Virus record (IMG/VR): IMGVR_UViG_3300036783_000021
Span: 1-29,277 of that record
DNA from: a virus
Direction: 5' to 3' (one strand)
Length of the DNA: 29,277 nucleotides
Shown: positions 16,793 through 26,439 of the stretch, one piece after another
Layout: every line of letters begins with the position of its first letter
Position numbering within the stretch: the stretch's first letter is position 1
Made by a program: the position numbers and the translations under genes
Notes under the pieces: model-generated
What the model saw: the letters and a program-made list of their open reading frames with translations, nothing else
Databases searched by the model: none
Told to the model about the DNA's origin: nothing

Positions 16793-17718
16793 ACCCCCTT
16801 AATGAGCAGGAACGCGCCTGGCTCTGAAATCATCAGGCCGCCACTTGCGGACATGCAGTAGATATCCAGCATGGTGCCCGCATACTGAGGTGGCAACTGG
16901 CGGAACGGCAGTGGGTTTCGCACTTTGCCCGCCACTGGATCTTTTGCGTAAACCAGCATGTAATCGCTGCCGTCTTTGGACATTTCATACGCGTTATAAC
17001 GATTAGTGATTGAGCTGCCACCAGTGGAAAAAAGAACGCTCGCGGCGGTGGCCGCGGTACCGGTGATCAACTTTGTGCCAATCGCAGACATTGCTGTAGG
17101 AGTGGAAGCGATGGAATCGATAACAAAACGCCCGAAGGTTTGTTTTGTGGCCGCCAGGATTTGCTGATTGAGGAAATCCAGCAATTCTTCGCCCGTCATG
17201 GCGCTCAGCTTTTTCGGCGCGTTAACCTGAGGGATATTCGGATCGTTCAGCAACCCCTCAACGCCAACGGCACCATTAAAGACCAGATCGTTTGATTTCT
17301 GGTTGTGTACGTAGCGGGTTGCCTGGGCTTTGGTCCCCTGGAGCGGGACGCCACGTTTGGCTGCGCGCTCAATTTCATCAATAGAGAATCCGTAAACGTT
17401 GGTGTAACGGATTACGCGGCGGCCATCGGATGTTTCAACCAGATCAACACGGTCATAAGAGTTACCGCCGTTGCGGTTATCTTCGCTCACGCCACCAATC
17501 ATATCGACGCGCGTTACCTCCAGTCGCTCAAGGCCAGGGTCCGGCGTGTTATCGACGATGAACATATTGCCAGCTGCCAGTGGCGGCATCTTTAGCGTGT
17601 ATGTCCCTGAGATAATTTCAGTTAACTGCCCGGCTGCACGGTACGATTCCGCAGAATCGAATAGGTTAGTGGACTGAATGGCGCGCAGAACGCGCGGAGA
17701 TACTTGTGGTTGAGTCAT
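16789..17718 (-). CDS. Major capsid protein (DUF2184-like, HK97 fold)
   Basis: FSIDEIERA...G.PL, VFNG...GLLNDPN, PLPFRQLPPQ motifs. Confidence 0.85.
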   Translation of the reverse strand: MTQPQVSPRVLRAIQSTNLFDSAESYRAAGQLTEIISGTYTLKMPPLAAGNMFIVDNTPDPGLERLEVTRVDMIGGVSEDNRNGGNSYDRVDLVETSDGRRVIRYTNVYGFSIDEIERAAKRGVPLQGTKAQATRYVHNQKSNDLVFNGAVGVEGLLNDPNIPQVNAPKKLSAMTGEELLDFLNQQILAATKQTFGRFVIDSIASTPTAMSAIGTKLITGTAATAASVLFSTGGSSITNRYNAYEMSKDGSDYMLVYAKDPVAGKVRNPLPFRQLPPQYAGTMLDIYCMSASGGLMISEPGAFLLIKGV

Positions 17719-17727
17719 GATGCTTCC

Positions 17728-18216
17728 TTACTCGGTTTTATCTGAATTCTTTTTAGCGCCCTGCAACTGCGCTGGGGCGGTATCTGTCTTGCGCATCGGA
17801 ATGACCTGCACCAGCGTGCGGTTGTCATGCGTTCCACCGACGACGACCCAGCCAGAAATCTCTGTCCCGGCTGGATCAAGCTCTCCGGTTAGCGGGTCAT
17901 AGGCGACGGGATCGTTGATAGCGAAAGTCTTTCCGTCCTTCGTTAGCGCCCACGCCTTACCTTGCTCCAGGACGGAACAGCAGGAATTCACATACTGGTC
18001 TGCAAAACCAAGTCCCAGTAGTGATTCAGAATCAACAACGATTCCCGCAGGCACGGCCCCGCCATTAGTAACAGTGCCATCGGCATAGCTGACGACCGCG
18101 CCGGATTTAACGCCATTTGCACCAGTGCTATACGTGGCGATCTGGTTGTACTGACCATACGCCATGCCCGGACGTGCGCGCGTTGGCGCGAACGTATAAT
18201 CAACTTTCATGGTCAT
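17728..18216 (-). CDS. Head decoration/cement protein
   Basis: 162-aa beta-rich ORF between protease and capsid genes. Confidence 0.7.
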   Translation of the reverse strand: MTMKVDYTFAPTRARPGMAYGQYNQIATYSTGANGVKSGAVVSYADGTVTNGGAVPAGIVVDSESLLGLGFADQYVNSCCSVLEQGKAWALTKDGKTFAINDPVAYDPLTGELDPAGTEISGWVVVGGTHDNRTLVQVIPMRKTDTAPAQLQGAKKNSDKTE

Positions 18217-18219
18217 TTT

Positions 18220-19329
18220 TTACTCCTGTTTCGCTGAATAAGAATTTTGGTAAGCCACATCCAGAGGATCTGCGCCGCTCATCGTGCGCATGCCGCCGCC
18301 AAAGCCATCGCCAATGCCATACGCAGCCGCATCAGCGCCAAACATCGGCTTGCGCAGGTCAAATGCAGCATCAATGTAAGCATCAGGTTTCTCGGACAAA
18401 TCACCCGCACCGGCGCGCTTGAGCATTTCCAGCTTGATCTCTTTGTTGCTGAGAGAGTCACAGGCAACGCCGAATTGCTTGGCAGATACTTCAAGTTCGG
18501 CGCGGATTTTATTTTCGGCCTGCCACGTTTTTTTCAGGCTTTCCTTTTCCTGACCAAAACCATCAATCAAGGCTTGCTGCTGGTCGATTTTGGCCTGCAA
18601 CCCCTGCAGCGCCGCTTCGTTGGTCGATTTCTTACTGCGCTCCTGGGTAAGCGCGTCCTGAAGCGCATCCAGCTGGGTCTTTACTGCTGCTGGAACTTCA
18701 TGCTCGGCATCGCCGATTTTTACTTTCACTAAGGTCATATCATCCTCGTCGACATTTAGGCGGGCGGCTCGTCCTGCGCGGGCGCGCTGAACTACAGCCA
18801 GATGGTTAATACGGATATCACGCTGAACGGCATCAAATGCCTGCCAGTCAGCAATGGAGAGGTTGGCTGGTAGTGATGGAGAGTCACTTTTCCAGATGAT
18901 TTCTAAAGTCTGATCGTTCCACCAGCCAGGGGTTGGGTGTATTACCGCTCCGTAGCCAAGGGATAACTCCTGGGTGTCTCCGGAAAGGATTGACTCAATG
19001 GCATCGCCGACAAAAATTGAGATTTTCGTTCTAACAAAATTACCGTCACGAAATCCCGCTGAGGATGTCGCACCGATCGTCGCCTGTCGTGCGTTCTCGA
19101 CACTGACGAACGTATGCCCCATGGTGATCGGCTTACCCTGCATGCTCTCCAGTGAGTCTTTGGAAAACACCTCATCAGGCGGGCGCAGAAGTCGTAAGGT
19201 GGAGCCGTCCTCCTGCAGGTAATTCTGGATACCTACACGCCCCACAACCGGCGTATCAATAAGGAATCCTTCTGGCGTCCTGGTCGCTCGAATCGTCGAG
19301 CGATCGTTAAATAGAATCGTCTCTGTCAT
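18220..19329 (-). CDS. Head maturation protease/scaffold (DUF2213-like)
   Basis: RPPDEVFS..SL.S..GKPIT.GH, ELSLGY, INHLAVV.RARAG, C-terminal coiled coil; start at 19329 by ATGA overlap. Confidence 0.9.
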   Translation of the reverse strand: MTETILFNDRSTIRATRTPEGFLIDTPVVGRVGIQNYLQEDGSTLRLLRPPDEVFSKDSLESMQGKPITMGHTFVSVENARQATIGATSSAGFRDGNFVRTKISIFVGDAIESILSGDTQELSLGYGAVIHPTPGWWNDQTLEIIWKSDSPSLPANLSIADWQAFDAVQRDIRINHLAVVQRARAGRAARLNVDEDDMTLVKVKIGDAEHEVPAAVKTQLDALQDALTQERSKKSTNEAALQGLQAKIDQQQALIDGFGQEKESLKKTWQAENKIRAELEVSAKQFGVACDSLSNKEIKLEMLKRAGAGDLSEKPDAYIDAAFDLRKPMFGADAAAYGIGDGFGGGMRTMSGADPLDVAYQNSYSAKQE

Positions 19330-20159
19330 GCTGCAATATCCCAAACAGGCTCCGGCCAGCAGCGGCACCGTATTGGATATCCCGGCGGCCCATCTTCTGG
19401 CGGATGGTCAATATCAAATTCTTCCCCTTCGCGATCTACGTGCTCTTTCCTCTCGCGGGAGTCCATGGCTCCACGCCATTTATATTTCCGGATCCCGTAA
19501 TCGCGCATGCGCTGCATAGAGACAGCACTGTTGGCTTTCCCTATCTGGTCGGTAGCGATTAATACTGCGCGGTTCTCAGGGACGTGGAATCGGTCCTGAA
19601 TGGCTTTTCTCAGCTTCTCAATGCGCCAGCCTTCATCGACGGCTTGCTGGGTGATCTTTGCCACATCATCGAGATGCTGTTTGGGAATGGACTTTATGAG
19701 TTGGGTGTTTTCCTGCACCCATGTGGTCTGCATTTCTCGCAGCCATGGCTCCGATCGGTATACATCGATACCGGTGGTGTCACCGACAATCACCGAATCA
19801 CCCGGCGCATAATTCACTTCCGCCGGTGCCAGATCGGTATTGGTGCCGATTTTGACCATCTTCACCCAGAAACCATCGTTGCTAATGGCTACCTGCTTGA
19901 AGAAACCGGCCAGTTCATTAATGGCATCTGCGCCAAAGTTGGCGGAAAGATAAGAGAGCGTGGAAATGGAAGATAAAAAATCTAGGGGGATCTGGGCTTG
20001 AGAAAGTTGCTCATTAATTTTCTTGAACCAGTCATCGAGGCTGCTGAACAGTACCGACTGATAATCAATATTAACGCTCTCAGGATACAGCCAGCGGGTC
20101 GCCTCCTTTTTGTTTTTCTTTCCCTGCTTCGGTTGCTTGGTCTTTTTCGTCTCCGCCAT
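19326..20159 (-). CDS. Minor head protein (SPP1 gp7/Mu gpF-like)
   Basis: RAVLIATDQIGK, YKWR..MDSRER.EH, PG.PIRCRC motifs. Confidence 0.9.
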   Translation of the reverse strand: MAETKKTKQPKQGKKNKKEATRWLYPESVNIDYQSVLFSSLDDWFKKINEQLSQAQIPLDFLSSISTLSYLSANFGADAINELAGFFKQVAISNDGFWVKMVKIGTNTDLAPAEVNYAPGDSVIVGDTTGIDVYRSEPWLREMQTTWVQENTQLIKSIPKQHLDDVAKITQQAVDEGWRIEKLRKAIQDRFHVPENRAVLIATDQIGKANSAVSMQRMRDYGIRKYKWRGAMDSRERKEHVDREGEEFDIDHPPEDGPPGYPIRCRCWPEPVWDIAA

Positions 20160-21372
20160 TGTTCACCTGCACGCGGGGATCAACCCCGTAATAATCAGCC
20201 ACTTTTTTTCGTAGCTCACCAGAAGAAACGCTGTCGCACTCCCAGTAGATTTTGTCGGCCTCCGCATTAACTTTGCGCGTGTCGGCCTGCTCTTTATCAG
20301 ATGCAACGTGAAGTGGGTTAAACGTTATCTCTGGCCTTATGCCGGTCTGGAATTCCACCAGCTTTGATATGGCCGGTGCACATTGCGTTCGCTGCGCCTG
20401 ACCTACTCGCCCATACCAGATTTCCAGCGATACACTACCGGTGGCGTTCATGCCGCTTGGCTGATCGCCAAAGAGTACGAGCTGAGGAATGCCGGAATCG
20501 GCGGACAGGGCTTCCTTGTTTTTATCGAGGATGTCCTTTGTGCCAGTCAGGGCAACCGCCTTGATCTCGTATTCTTCCTCTTTGTCGATCGCCAGTGTGT
20601 TGGTGGGGCCGCGGAACATATCCAGCTTCATGAGGCGCTTCATCATCAGTGCGCGCCCGGCCTTGTCCTTAATGTTCTTCCCGAGGTCGGGTGACTTGAG
20701 CACACCCTGGTGATTGCGCTCAATAATGCGGTTTGCCCATTTCAGCCCGCTTTCGTAGTTGTTGATGGAATCCCTGCAGGTATCGATTAGCGAATTGCCC
20801 CAGCCCTCGTTCTGCTGGCGCTTTGACTCTGACGCTGGCGCTCCGTAGAAAAACGCGCACCGAGATTCGTGAACATCCAGAGAACTCCCATCGGCGAAAT
20901 TGAGCTGCAAGGTTTTTGGCTGTCCTATTTTTGCCAAATTTTCTTTGCCGTATCGGTCCTGCACCGCAATACTTTCTTTACCCACTACACGGCAAAAAAT
21001 GACTTCGCCCGTCGCTGGTGCCGGAGAACGCTGATCAGCCACTCCCGAGATGCCAAAAAAGATAATGGCCCCGCCTGAAATGCTTGCCTCTCGGATGGCG
21101 CGGGTAAGGGCATCTTCAAACCCGATATTTTTCATCACCTGATCTGACTGCTTTTTCATGGCATCAGAGATGTCAGAAAGCTCAAACCCGGCGCGGGTCA
21201 TTTCTTCCGCCAGCACATCCACAATACGCGCCGAAATTCCGCCGTTGTCATACATTTCCTGCGGGGTGATAACTGCGCCCAGTGCATCACTGGTTTCAGG
21301 AGATACTCCAGCGGGTGGCGAAAAGCCTGCTGGTGGAGTGCTACTACCCCAGCGCCAGAATTTAAAAGCCAT
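20080..21372 (-). CDS. Portal protein (DUF1073-like)
   Basis: Follows TerL; VHESR, GIPQLVLFGDQPSGMNATG, FNPL motifs. Confidence 0.9.
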   Translation of the reverse strand: MAFKFWRWGSSTPPAGFSPPAGVSPETSDALGAVITPQEMYDNGGISARIVDVLAEEMTRAGFELSDISDAMKKQSDQVMKNIGFEDALTRAIREASISGGAIIFFGISGVADQRSPAPATGEVIFCRVVGKESIAVQDRYGKENLAKIGQPKTLQLNFADGSSLDVHESRCAFFYGAPASESKRQQNEGWGNSLIDTCRDSINNYESGLKWANRIIERNHQGVLKSPDLGKNIKDKAGRALMMKRLMKLDMFRGPTNTLAIDKEEEYEIKAVALTGTKDILDKNKEALSADSGIPQLVLFGDQPSGMNATGSVSLEIWYGRVGQAQRTQCAPAISKLVEFQTGIRPEITFNPLHVASDKEQADTRKVNAEADKIYWECDSVSSGELRKKVADYYGVDPRVQVNNGGDEKDQATEAGKEKQKGGDPLAVS

Positions 21373-21380
21373 GATGATCC

Positions 21381-22850
21381 TTAATCGTCGAAATCAAAAT
21401 CAGAGAGGTTGAAGGTTTGCGGCTGGTGGAGTTCTGACATCGCCCAGACAAGGGCATCAATGCGGTCAGGTGATTTTTTCGATGTAGCCGGTACGTATTC
21501 CAGCTGCTGATTCTCCAGTTCGTACAGACCTCCGCCGTGCTTCACCTTGCCAAGTTCGTAAAGTGCCACAATGGGCTCAGCACGAGCGAATTTACCTTTT
21601 GACGCCCTGACCTGAATAACGCGCCCCTCATAACCCGAGTTTCTGAGCGTGGATTCGACCATATCGCCGCCTTGGTTTACCTCGACCACAACAGCGTCAG
21701 CATCATGAAGATCCACAGCCTGAATGACTTTTTGCGCCCAACCGCTGGGGCTATATTTTCCGGAGTAATCAGCATCAACCGAATATCCGCGAGCATTGCC
21801 GCCGCCGTATTCGCTGCAGACAACTATACCGGTGCTGTCACTACCCTCTTCGTTTGTCACCGCTGGATCCACACCAACGACCGTTCGCTTCAGGTCTATC
21901 CACGGCCGCCTGTCTTTTGCCGCCGTTATGATCGCCTCATTCCACAGGGCGCCCTCAGCATTAAAGCGCCGCGGGTTCTGCATATACTGCGCCTCAGCGG
22001 TGCGGCGATGAGCGAACAGAGATGTGCGGTGCGATTCGTTGTGTTTGAACGGCCAGAGCCAGCCATCAGGCAAGCCATGTTCGATCTGAATGCCGTGGGT
22101 ATTCTCTGCTGGGTACTCCAGGGAGTTATCGATAATCACCGGGAGATTCAGGTGATGCCATTTTTCCCCTGAACCACCCCGCAATAAATAGCCGCTGAGA
22201 TCGTGATAATGGATACGCTGCATGATGACAATCATCGGCGTTGTCTCGACGGCCAGTCGGGATTTGATTGTTTCGTTAAATCGGTTGTTTACCCCGTCAC
22301 GGACGATTTCTGAATAAGCATCATCAGGCTTAACCGGGTCATCGATGATTAGCGCCCCCTGCCAGCCCGGCTCCATATGTCCAGCACGGAAACCTGTAAC
22401 CTGTCCGGCGGCTGAGGATGCGTACACCCCGCCCCCATGTTCCGTCCACCACATGGCTTTGCTGTCGGCATCATCTCGTAGTGACATTGGCCACATAGAC
22501 TGAAAAGCCTGTGACTTAATCATGCCGCGCGCAGTCGACGAGTTGAGTAATGCCAGATTGTGCGAATATGACAGGTGCATAAATCGAGCGCGGCGGTTAA
22601 GTGCCAGGCCGCGCCCCATCATATTTATCGTTGCCAGTTCGGTTTTTGTGTACCCGGGCGGGACGTTAATGATCAGGCGCTGAATTTCACCATCAATGAC
22701 GCGATCCAGTGTTTTCTGGATCACCTTATGGTGAGGAGAAACAATCATTTTTCCAGCAGTGCGCTGTTTGAAAAAATAGCGGGCAAAATACATGCCGTCT
22801 TCTTCGCACTCTACTCTTCGTGCGAATGCCTTTTGCTCAGCAGTCGTCAT
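21381..22850 (-). CDS. terL: Terminase large subunit
   Basis: Walker A INVPPGYTKT, Walker B LIIDDP, nuclease VGVDPA and PDRIDA motifs. Confidence 0.95.
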   Translation of the reverse strand: MTTAEQKAFARRVECEEDGMYFARYFFKQRTAGKMIVSPHHKVIQKTLDRVIDGEIQRLIINVPPGYTKTELATINMMGRGLALNRRARFMHLSYSHNLALLNSSTARGMIKSQAFQSMWPMSLRDDADSKAMWWTEHGGGVYASSAAGQVTGFRAGHMEPGWQGALIIDDPVKPDDAYSEIVRDGVNNRFNETIKSRLAVETTPMIVIMQRIHYHDLSGYLLRGGSGEKWHHLNLPVIIDNSLEYPAENTHGIQIEHGLPDGWLWPFKHNESHRTSLFAHRRTAEAQYMQNPRRFNAEGALWNEAIITAAKDRRPWIDLKRTVVGVDPAVTNEEGSDSTGIVVCSEYGGGNARGYSVDADYSGKYSPSGWAQKVIQAVDLHDADAVVVEVNQGGDMVESTLRNSGYEGRVIQVRASKGKFARAEPIVALYELGKVKHGGGLYELENQQLEYVPATSKKSPDRIDALVWAMSELHQPQTFNLSDFDFDD

Positions 22851-23316
22851 CCTCCATCATCTCCCGCCGGGCAGTCTTGTAGTCCTCTTTGTTCATGGTG
22901 ATCGTTTCAATCGCGCCACCACCCGGACCAGAATGCTCAAGCTTCTGCCTGTTCGTGAAAGCATCCCCCACCTCTTTGGCGGCCTGTTCCATTAACTGCG
23001 CTGTCAGCGCATAGTTGCGCATCGTTTCTGTACTGTTCGCCATGCGGTTTAAGGTGCGCAGGCGATAGGCTTTGTTAGCGATCGGGATATCGCTAATTTC
23101 TGTCTGAAATCTAGCTCTGGTCTCATTGAACATATCGACCCACTTTTGCGCCAGACCTTTGCCATTCGCTTTCGTGGGATCGTGAGATTCGACTTGCTGG
23201 CGACTGATAACGATGTTGAATTCTTTCTTGACAGCTTCAACTACTTGAGAGGGTGTGTCGAAGCACGCAAGCGACTGAACAATAAATGCTTTAACCCCAC
23301 CCTTTAGTGCTGCCAT
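22837..23316 (-). CDS. terS: Terminase small subunit (DUF2280-like)
   Basis: FIVQSLACFDTPSQV, HDPTK, IPIANKAYRL motifs; overlaps the terL start. Confidence 0.85.
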   Translation of the reverse strand: MAALKGGVKAFIVQSLACFDTPSQVVEAVKKEFNIVISRQQVESHDPTKANGKGLAQKWVDMFNETRARFQTEISDIPIANKAYRLRTLNRMANSTETMRNYALTAQLMEQAAKEVGDAFTNRQKLEHSGPGGGAIETITMNKEDYKTARREMMEDDDC

Positions 23317-23348
23317 TCGTTACCACCTGTCATAACCAGTCTAAAAAT

Positions 23349-24008
23349 TCACACCAGTTTTAGCATGCATGTTCCACATGCCCTGGAAATATCAAGATGA
23401 GCTATTTCCGCTGGCGAGTTGGCCGCATTAACGATCTCACGCACATCTTTATTCGCGCCGTATCGACGAACCACGCCTACAAATTCCTCAACGTCGTGGC
23501 CGCGCATCGTAAGCGATGGCTGACCGGTCTCTTTGTTGAATTTAGGCGCGCCGAAGTCATCGGTGGCCTGAGCGATGTGGTAAAGCTCATGCTCTACCAG
23601 AGCGCAGAACTCGAGGTCACTGCATTGCGAGCAGTAATCGGCTGCCAGCGTGATGATGAACTTCGGGATGCGCCCGAACCATTCATACATCTGCTGCTCC
23701 ATTCTGGCCTTCTGCCAACCACCGGCGCGGAGCATTACCTGTTCGGCCTGACCGAGAACTAATCGCCCTTTCTTCGCGAACGAGTCTGAAGCCCACATAA
23801 AACAGAGATCGGCATCAATCAGGTGGATGTGGTCAGGGTTATGAATGCTTCCGGTATCACTCAGAATTTGATTGTTTATCCAATCCCCCACCTCATTGGC
23901 GGGAATTAGTCGGGTATAGGGAGGCCAGTTATCAGAATTGATAAAATTGACCGGCGGAAATGGCCGTGGATTATCGCCACTTAACATATTTTCGCCCTCA
24001 GTAATCAT
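23349..24008 (-). CDS. Putative phage metallopeptidase
   Basis: HELYH (HExxH) and HDVEEF motifs; exact start uncertain. Confidence 0.8.
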   Translation of the reverse strand: MITEGENMLSGDNPRPFPPVNFINSDNWPPYTRLIPANEVGDWINNQILSDTGSIHNPDHIHLIDADLCFMWASDSFAKKGRLVLGQAEQVMLRAGGWQKARMEQQMYEWFGRIPKFIITLAADYCSQCSDLEFCALVEHELYHIAQATDDFGAPKFNKETGQPSLTMRGHDVEEFVGVVRRYGANKDVREIVNAANSPAEIAHLDISRACGTCMLKLV

Positions 24009-24049
24009 TATCGAGCACCACTGTTGTGATGCCCTGTAATGGCTACTTA

Positions 24050-24075
24050 ATAAAAAAGGCCGCTTAAGCGACCTT
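24050..24075 (-). terminator. Intrinsic terminator
   Basis: Minus strand AAGGTCGC-TTAA-GCGGCCTT-TTTTA. Confidence 0.7.
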
Positions 24076-24092
24076 TGTTTTGGTTGAATGCT

Positions 24093-24293
24093 TTAGTCTT
24101 GAATGGTTACCCACTGACCGTTGACCAACTTCTGAATGGGCACGCAAACAACATTCTCAGCCTCAAAATCTATGGATTTAATGGCGTGGCCAGCGGGAGC
24201 GTGAAACTCACCGCTGGCCGGATGTCGAAGGATTATTTCCGCACCATACTGGCAACCTTCAGGTAGCTTCGGAAGTGGAAAATTTTTCATCAA
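24093..24293 (-). CDS. Small hypothetical protein
   Basis: AAGGA RBS; about 65-aa ORF followed by a terminator. Confidence 0.6.
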   Translation of the reverse strand: MMKNFPLPKLPEGCQYGAEIILRHPASGEFHAPAGHAIKSIDFEAENVVCVPIQKLVNGQWVTIQD

Positions 24294-24375
24294 AATATCC
24301 TTATAAAATATACCGATTATTCGGCAAACCGATTATCCACCTCCGTGTGGATTTATCTTGGCTCTGGGTGCGTCA

Positions 24376-24483
24376 CTACAGGTCAGTGAGGCGATAATCA
24401 GCGCCATTGGTTTCGAGTTCCGCCCACAGCAGGACGGAATCACGCATACCCACCACAAATTTCAATCCGGTCTTTTTCCACAT
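24376..24483 (-). CDS. 35-aa hypothetical peptide; below the ORF-track cutoff
   Basis: GAGGTAAAT-ATG; MWKKTGLKFVVGMRDSVLLWAELETNGADYRLTDL. Confidence 0.45.
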   Translation of the reverse strand: MWKKTGLKFVVGMRDSVLLWAELETNGADYRLTDL

Positions 24484-24618
24484 ATTTACCTCTGCTTTAG
24501 AATTTTGTGCTGCATCCTGAAATACAGCATCGGGAAAACACGAAACGACCCTTCATCTTAACAGATCGTTTATGCTGTTTTTTCTGTTGGCCATCGTGAC
24601 GCGGCAGCAGAAAATAAA

Positions 24619-24975
24619 TTAACCATTCCAGCGTGCCGGGCCCGGGCGAACATCGATGTGCGTGAATGAGCTGTAACGCCCAACGCCGTATTTGCTCGGG
24701 TACTGACTCTCGAAGTAATCAGCAACGACCGCCGGGGAATAACCGGCCACTTTGATATCAGCTGCAATGCCCTGCAGGTGCTGACTGTCAGGAACGCCGC
24801 CCACCTCTTTGTTGTGCTTTGCACAGCGACATGCGCAGTCAAGCGTGATGGCCGCGCCGAAGTGCGTGCGGGCATCTTCCAGCACGTCCAACAGTTCGAC
24901 GTCTACTGCCGTAAAACCACAGCCGCATTTGCATGCGAACTCTTTACGATTGAAGTGCGGGGACATATCACCCAT
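24619..24975 (-). CDS. Endolysin, peptidase M15 family
   Basis: HF...EFACKCGCG, RC..HN..VGG...SQH..G.AAD, FTHIDVR zinc-peptidase motifs; AGGAGG RBS. Confidence 0.9.
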   Translation of the reverse strand: MGDMSPHFNRKEFACKCGCGFTAVDVELLDVLEDARTHFGAAITLDCACRCAKHNKEVGGVPDSQHLQGIAADIKVAGYSPAVVADYFESQYPSKYGVGRYSSFTHIDVRPGPARWNG

Positions 24976-25315
24976 TTTTAGATCCTCCTGTTAAATCGAG
25001 ACCCGTTTTCTTTTTGAATGCCCAGGCGAATACGCTGCCAATAAGGCGGGATCCAAGCAGGCTGATAACGATAGCGACCTGCCCGGATGATACTTGCACG
25101 CCAAAAAACGGAGGAAAGTGCAAAATGTGAGGCTGAATAAGGCAAAAAATGAGCAAACATATAATCAGGTCACCCAACATCTCCCGCAACTTCCCACCAC
25201 CCAGCAGCCAGCGCCCGGCCTCACCAAGAATGAGAATAATGACGATCCGGATTGCATCTGGCGGGTGGGTGAGCAGCATGGCAAGCCAGCCAGAGAGCGT
25301 GAGTCTGTGCGGCAT
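24968..25315 (-). CDS. Holin
   Basis: About three hydrophobic segments and a basic C-terminus (KKKTG), overlapping the endolysin start; start at MPHRL (25315). Confidence 0.8.
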   Translation of the reverse strand: MPHRLTLSGWLAMLLTHPPDAIRIVIILILGEAGRWLLGGGKLREMLGDLIICLLIFCLIQPHILHFPPFFGVQVSSGQVAIVISLLGSRLIGSVFAWAFKKKTGLDLTGGSKNG

Positions 25316-25492
25316 TTTGTTTAGTCCAAAAGAAAGCCCGCACAGTGGCGGGCATTGATTATAAAAAGCCCCGGAAGTGACCAGGGAAGAAGCAGAGCGA
25401 TGGCTTTTTTCTTTCTGCAAATCCCACCGCCTGATTTAACGACAATCCGGTTGAGGGATGAGGTAACAGCGGGATTTGCGGAAAGGCAGGCA

Positions 25493-25520
25493 ATAAAAAA
25501 CCCCGCCGGAGCGAGGTTTT
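25493..25520 (-). terminator. tR'-like terminator
   Basis: Minus strand AAAACCTCGC-TCCG-GCGGGGTTTT-TTATT, first terminator after the late promoter. Confidence 0.75.
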
Positions 25521-25526
25521 GTGAAC

Positions 25527-25697
25527 TTATCTAGAGTGGTGATTAAAAACTATCTCTATAACCTTTACTGCCTCACCGGAATCCGAGGGCTTATTTTCTG
25601 TTCTGACCGCCTTAATCAGCGGGCTACCCTCTTCAATGTGATCGGCTATGTCGCGCAACCACTCGGCGAATTCTTTCGGGTTCTCAATCTTTTCCAT
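25527..25697 (-). CDS. 56-aa protein encoded between pR' and tR'
   Basis: AGGA RBS before ATG at 25697; MEKIENPKEFAEWLRDIADHIEEG... Confidence 0.6.
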   Translation of the reverse strand: MEKIENPKEFAEWLRDIADHIEEGSPLIKAVRTENKPSDSGEAVKVIEIVFNHHSR

Positions 25698-25737
25698 TTC
25701 GCTTCCTGCAATCTCGGTAACGTCACGGGTGTAATAT

Positions 25738-25781
25738 CCCATCGTTGGAAATAGCGTAGCCAATTTCCGCCACATTTGCAA
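25738..25781 (-). promoter_or_regulatory. Late promoter pR' with sigma-dependent pause element
   Basis: TTGCAA-17-TACGCT then +1 AACGATGGG, matching the lambda pR' initial transcribed sequence; the spacer also shares AAATTGG with lambda. Confidence 0.8.
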
Positions 25782-25822
25782 TGGCACATTATTGTAATGG
25801 GTATTATTAGCGCACTATCAGC

Positions 25823-26431
25823 TTAAAAGTCGTAGCGCGTAGCCAGTTCCTGATAGTTCTTCCGCACCCTGTCCCGTAGCTTTCTCGTCTCTTCCGCCAT
25901 CTGCCACAGCTCATCCAGCGTCATTTTTCCCAACTCGTCGCAGGGGATGATCACATAGCCCGAACGCATGACATGCTCCAGGCAGCTTTCCGGGCTCATC
26001 AGGACTTCGCTCTCTCCTATTGGCCGCCGGGCGACCGGTATATCGTTCTCGTAATAGACTTCTTCGCGGCGGGTTTTAACGACAGGTTTAACAGGGGTGA
26101 TCACCGCCGTACCGACTTCACGATCCAGAACGTCCAGCACCCAGCGGCGGAACTCTTTGGCGACCGGCGTTCTGGCGAACATGGCGATCAGGTGCGCGCC
26201 GCGCAGAGAGAAGATTCGACAGCAAGCCTTGATATTCCCCGAGGTACTCACTTCAAGTACCCTGGTCATGCACTGCGTAAACTCGTCAGAGTGCTTATTA
26301 AAAATCATCGTTACTGCGCGGTCATTGGCGTATTGAAGCGCCTGGGCCAGTTCTTTACTGGTAAGCCAGGTTTGGTTGTCGTGGTGTACTACGCTGAATT
26401 GGGTGTTATGGAACGAAAGTTGAATACTCAC
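25823..26431 (-). CDS. Antirepressor, BRO-N domain
   Basis: WLTSKELAQALQY, RIFSLRGAHLIAMFARTPVAKEFRRWVLDVLD motifs; GAGGAG RBS before GTG. Confidence 0.85.
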   Translation of the reverse strand: MSIQLSFHNTQFSVVHHDNQTWLTSKELAQALQYANDRAVTMIFNKHSDEFTQCMTRVLEVSTSGNIKACCRIFSLRGAHLIAMFARTPVAKEFRRWVLDVLDREVGTAVITPVKPVVKTRREEVYYENDIPVARRPIGESEVLMSPESCLEHVMRSGYVIIPCDELGKMTLDELWQMAEETRKLRDRVRKNYQELATRYDF

Positions 26432-26439
26432 GGTAATCT

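Noticed and set aside
20080..21372. Anti-CBASS Acb1 interpretation of the DUF1073 protein
   Set aside because: Size, motifs and position after terL indicate a plain portal; no additional phosphodiesterase domain is visible
24508..24529. LexA box in the palindrome GCTGCATCCTGAAATACAGC
   Set aside because: CTG-N12-CAG spacing does not fit CTG-N10-CAG
24570..24875. ORF nested in the endolysin as a possible spanin
   Set aside because: No TM segment, signal peptide or lipobox
25330..25490. tRNA genes upstream of the lysis cassette
   Set aside because: No cloverleaf, T-loop GTTCRA or CCA end found
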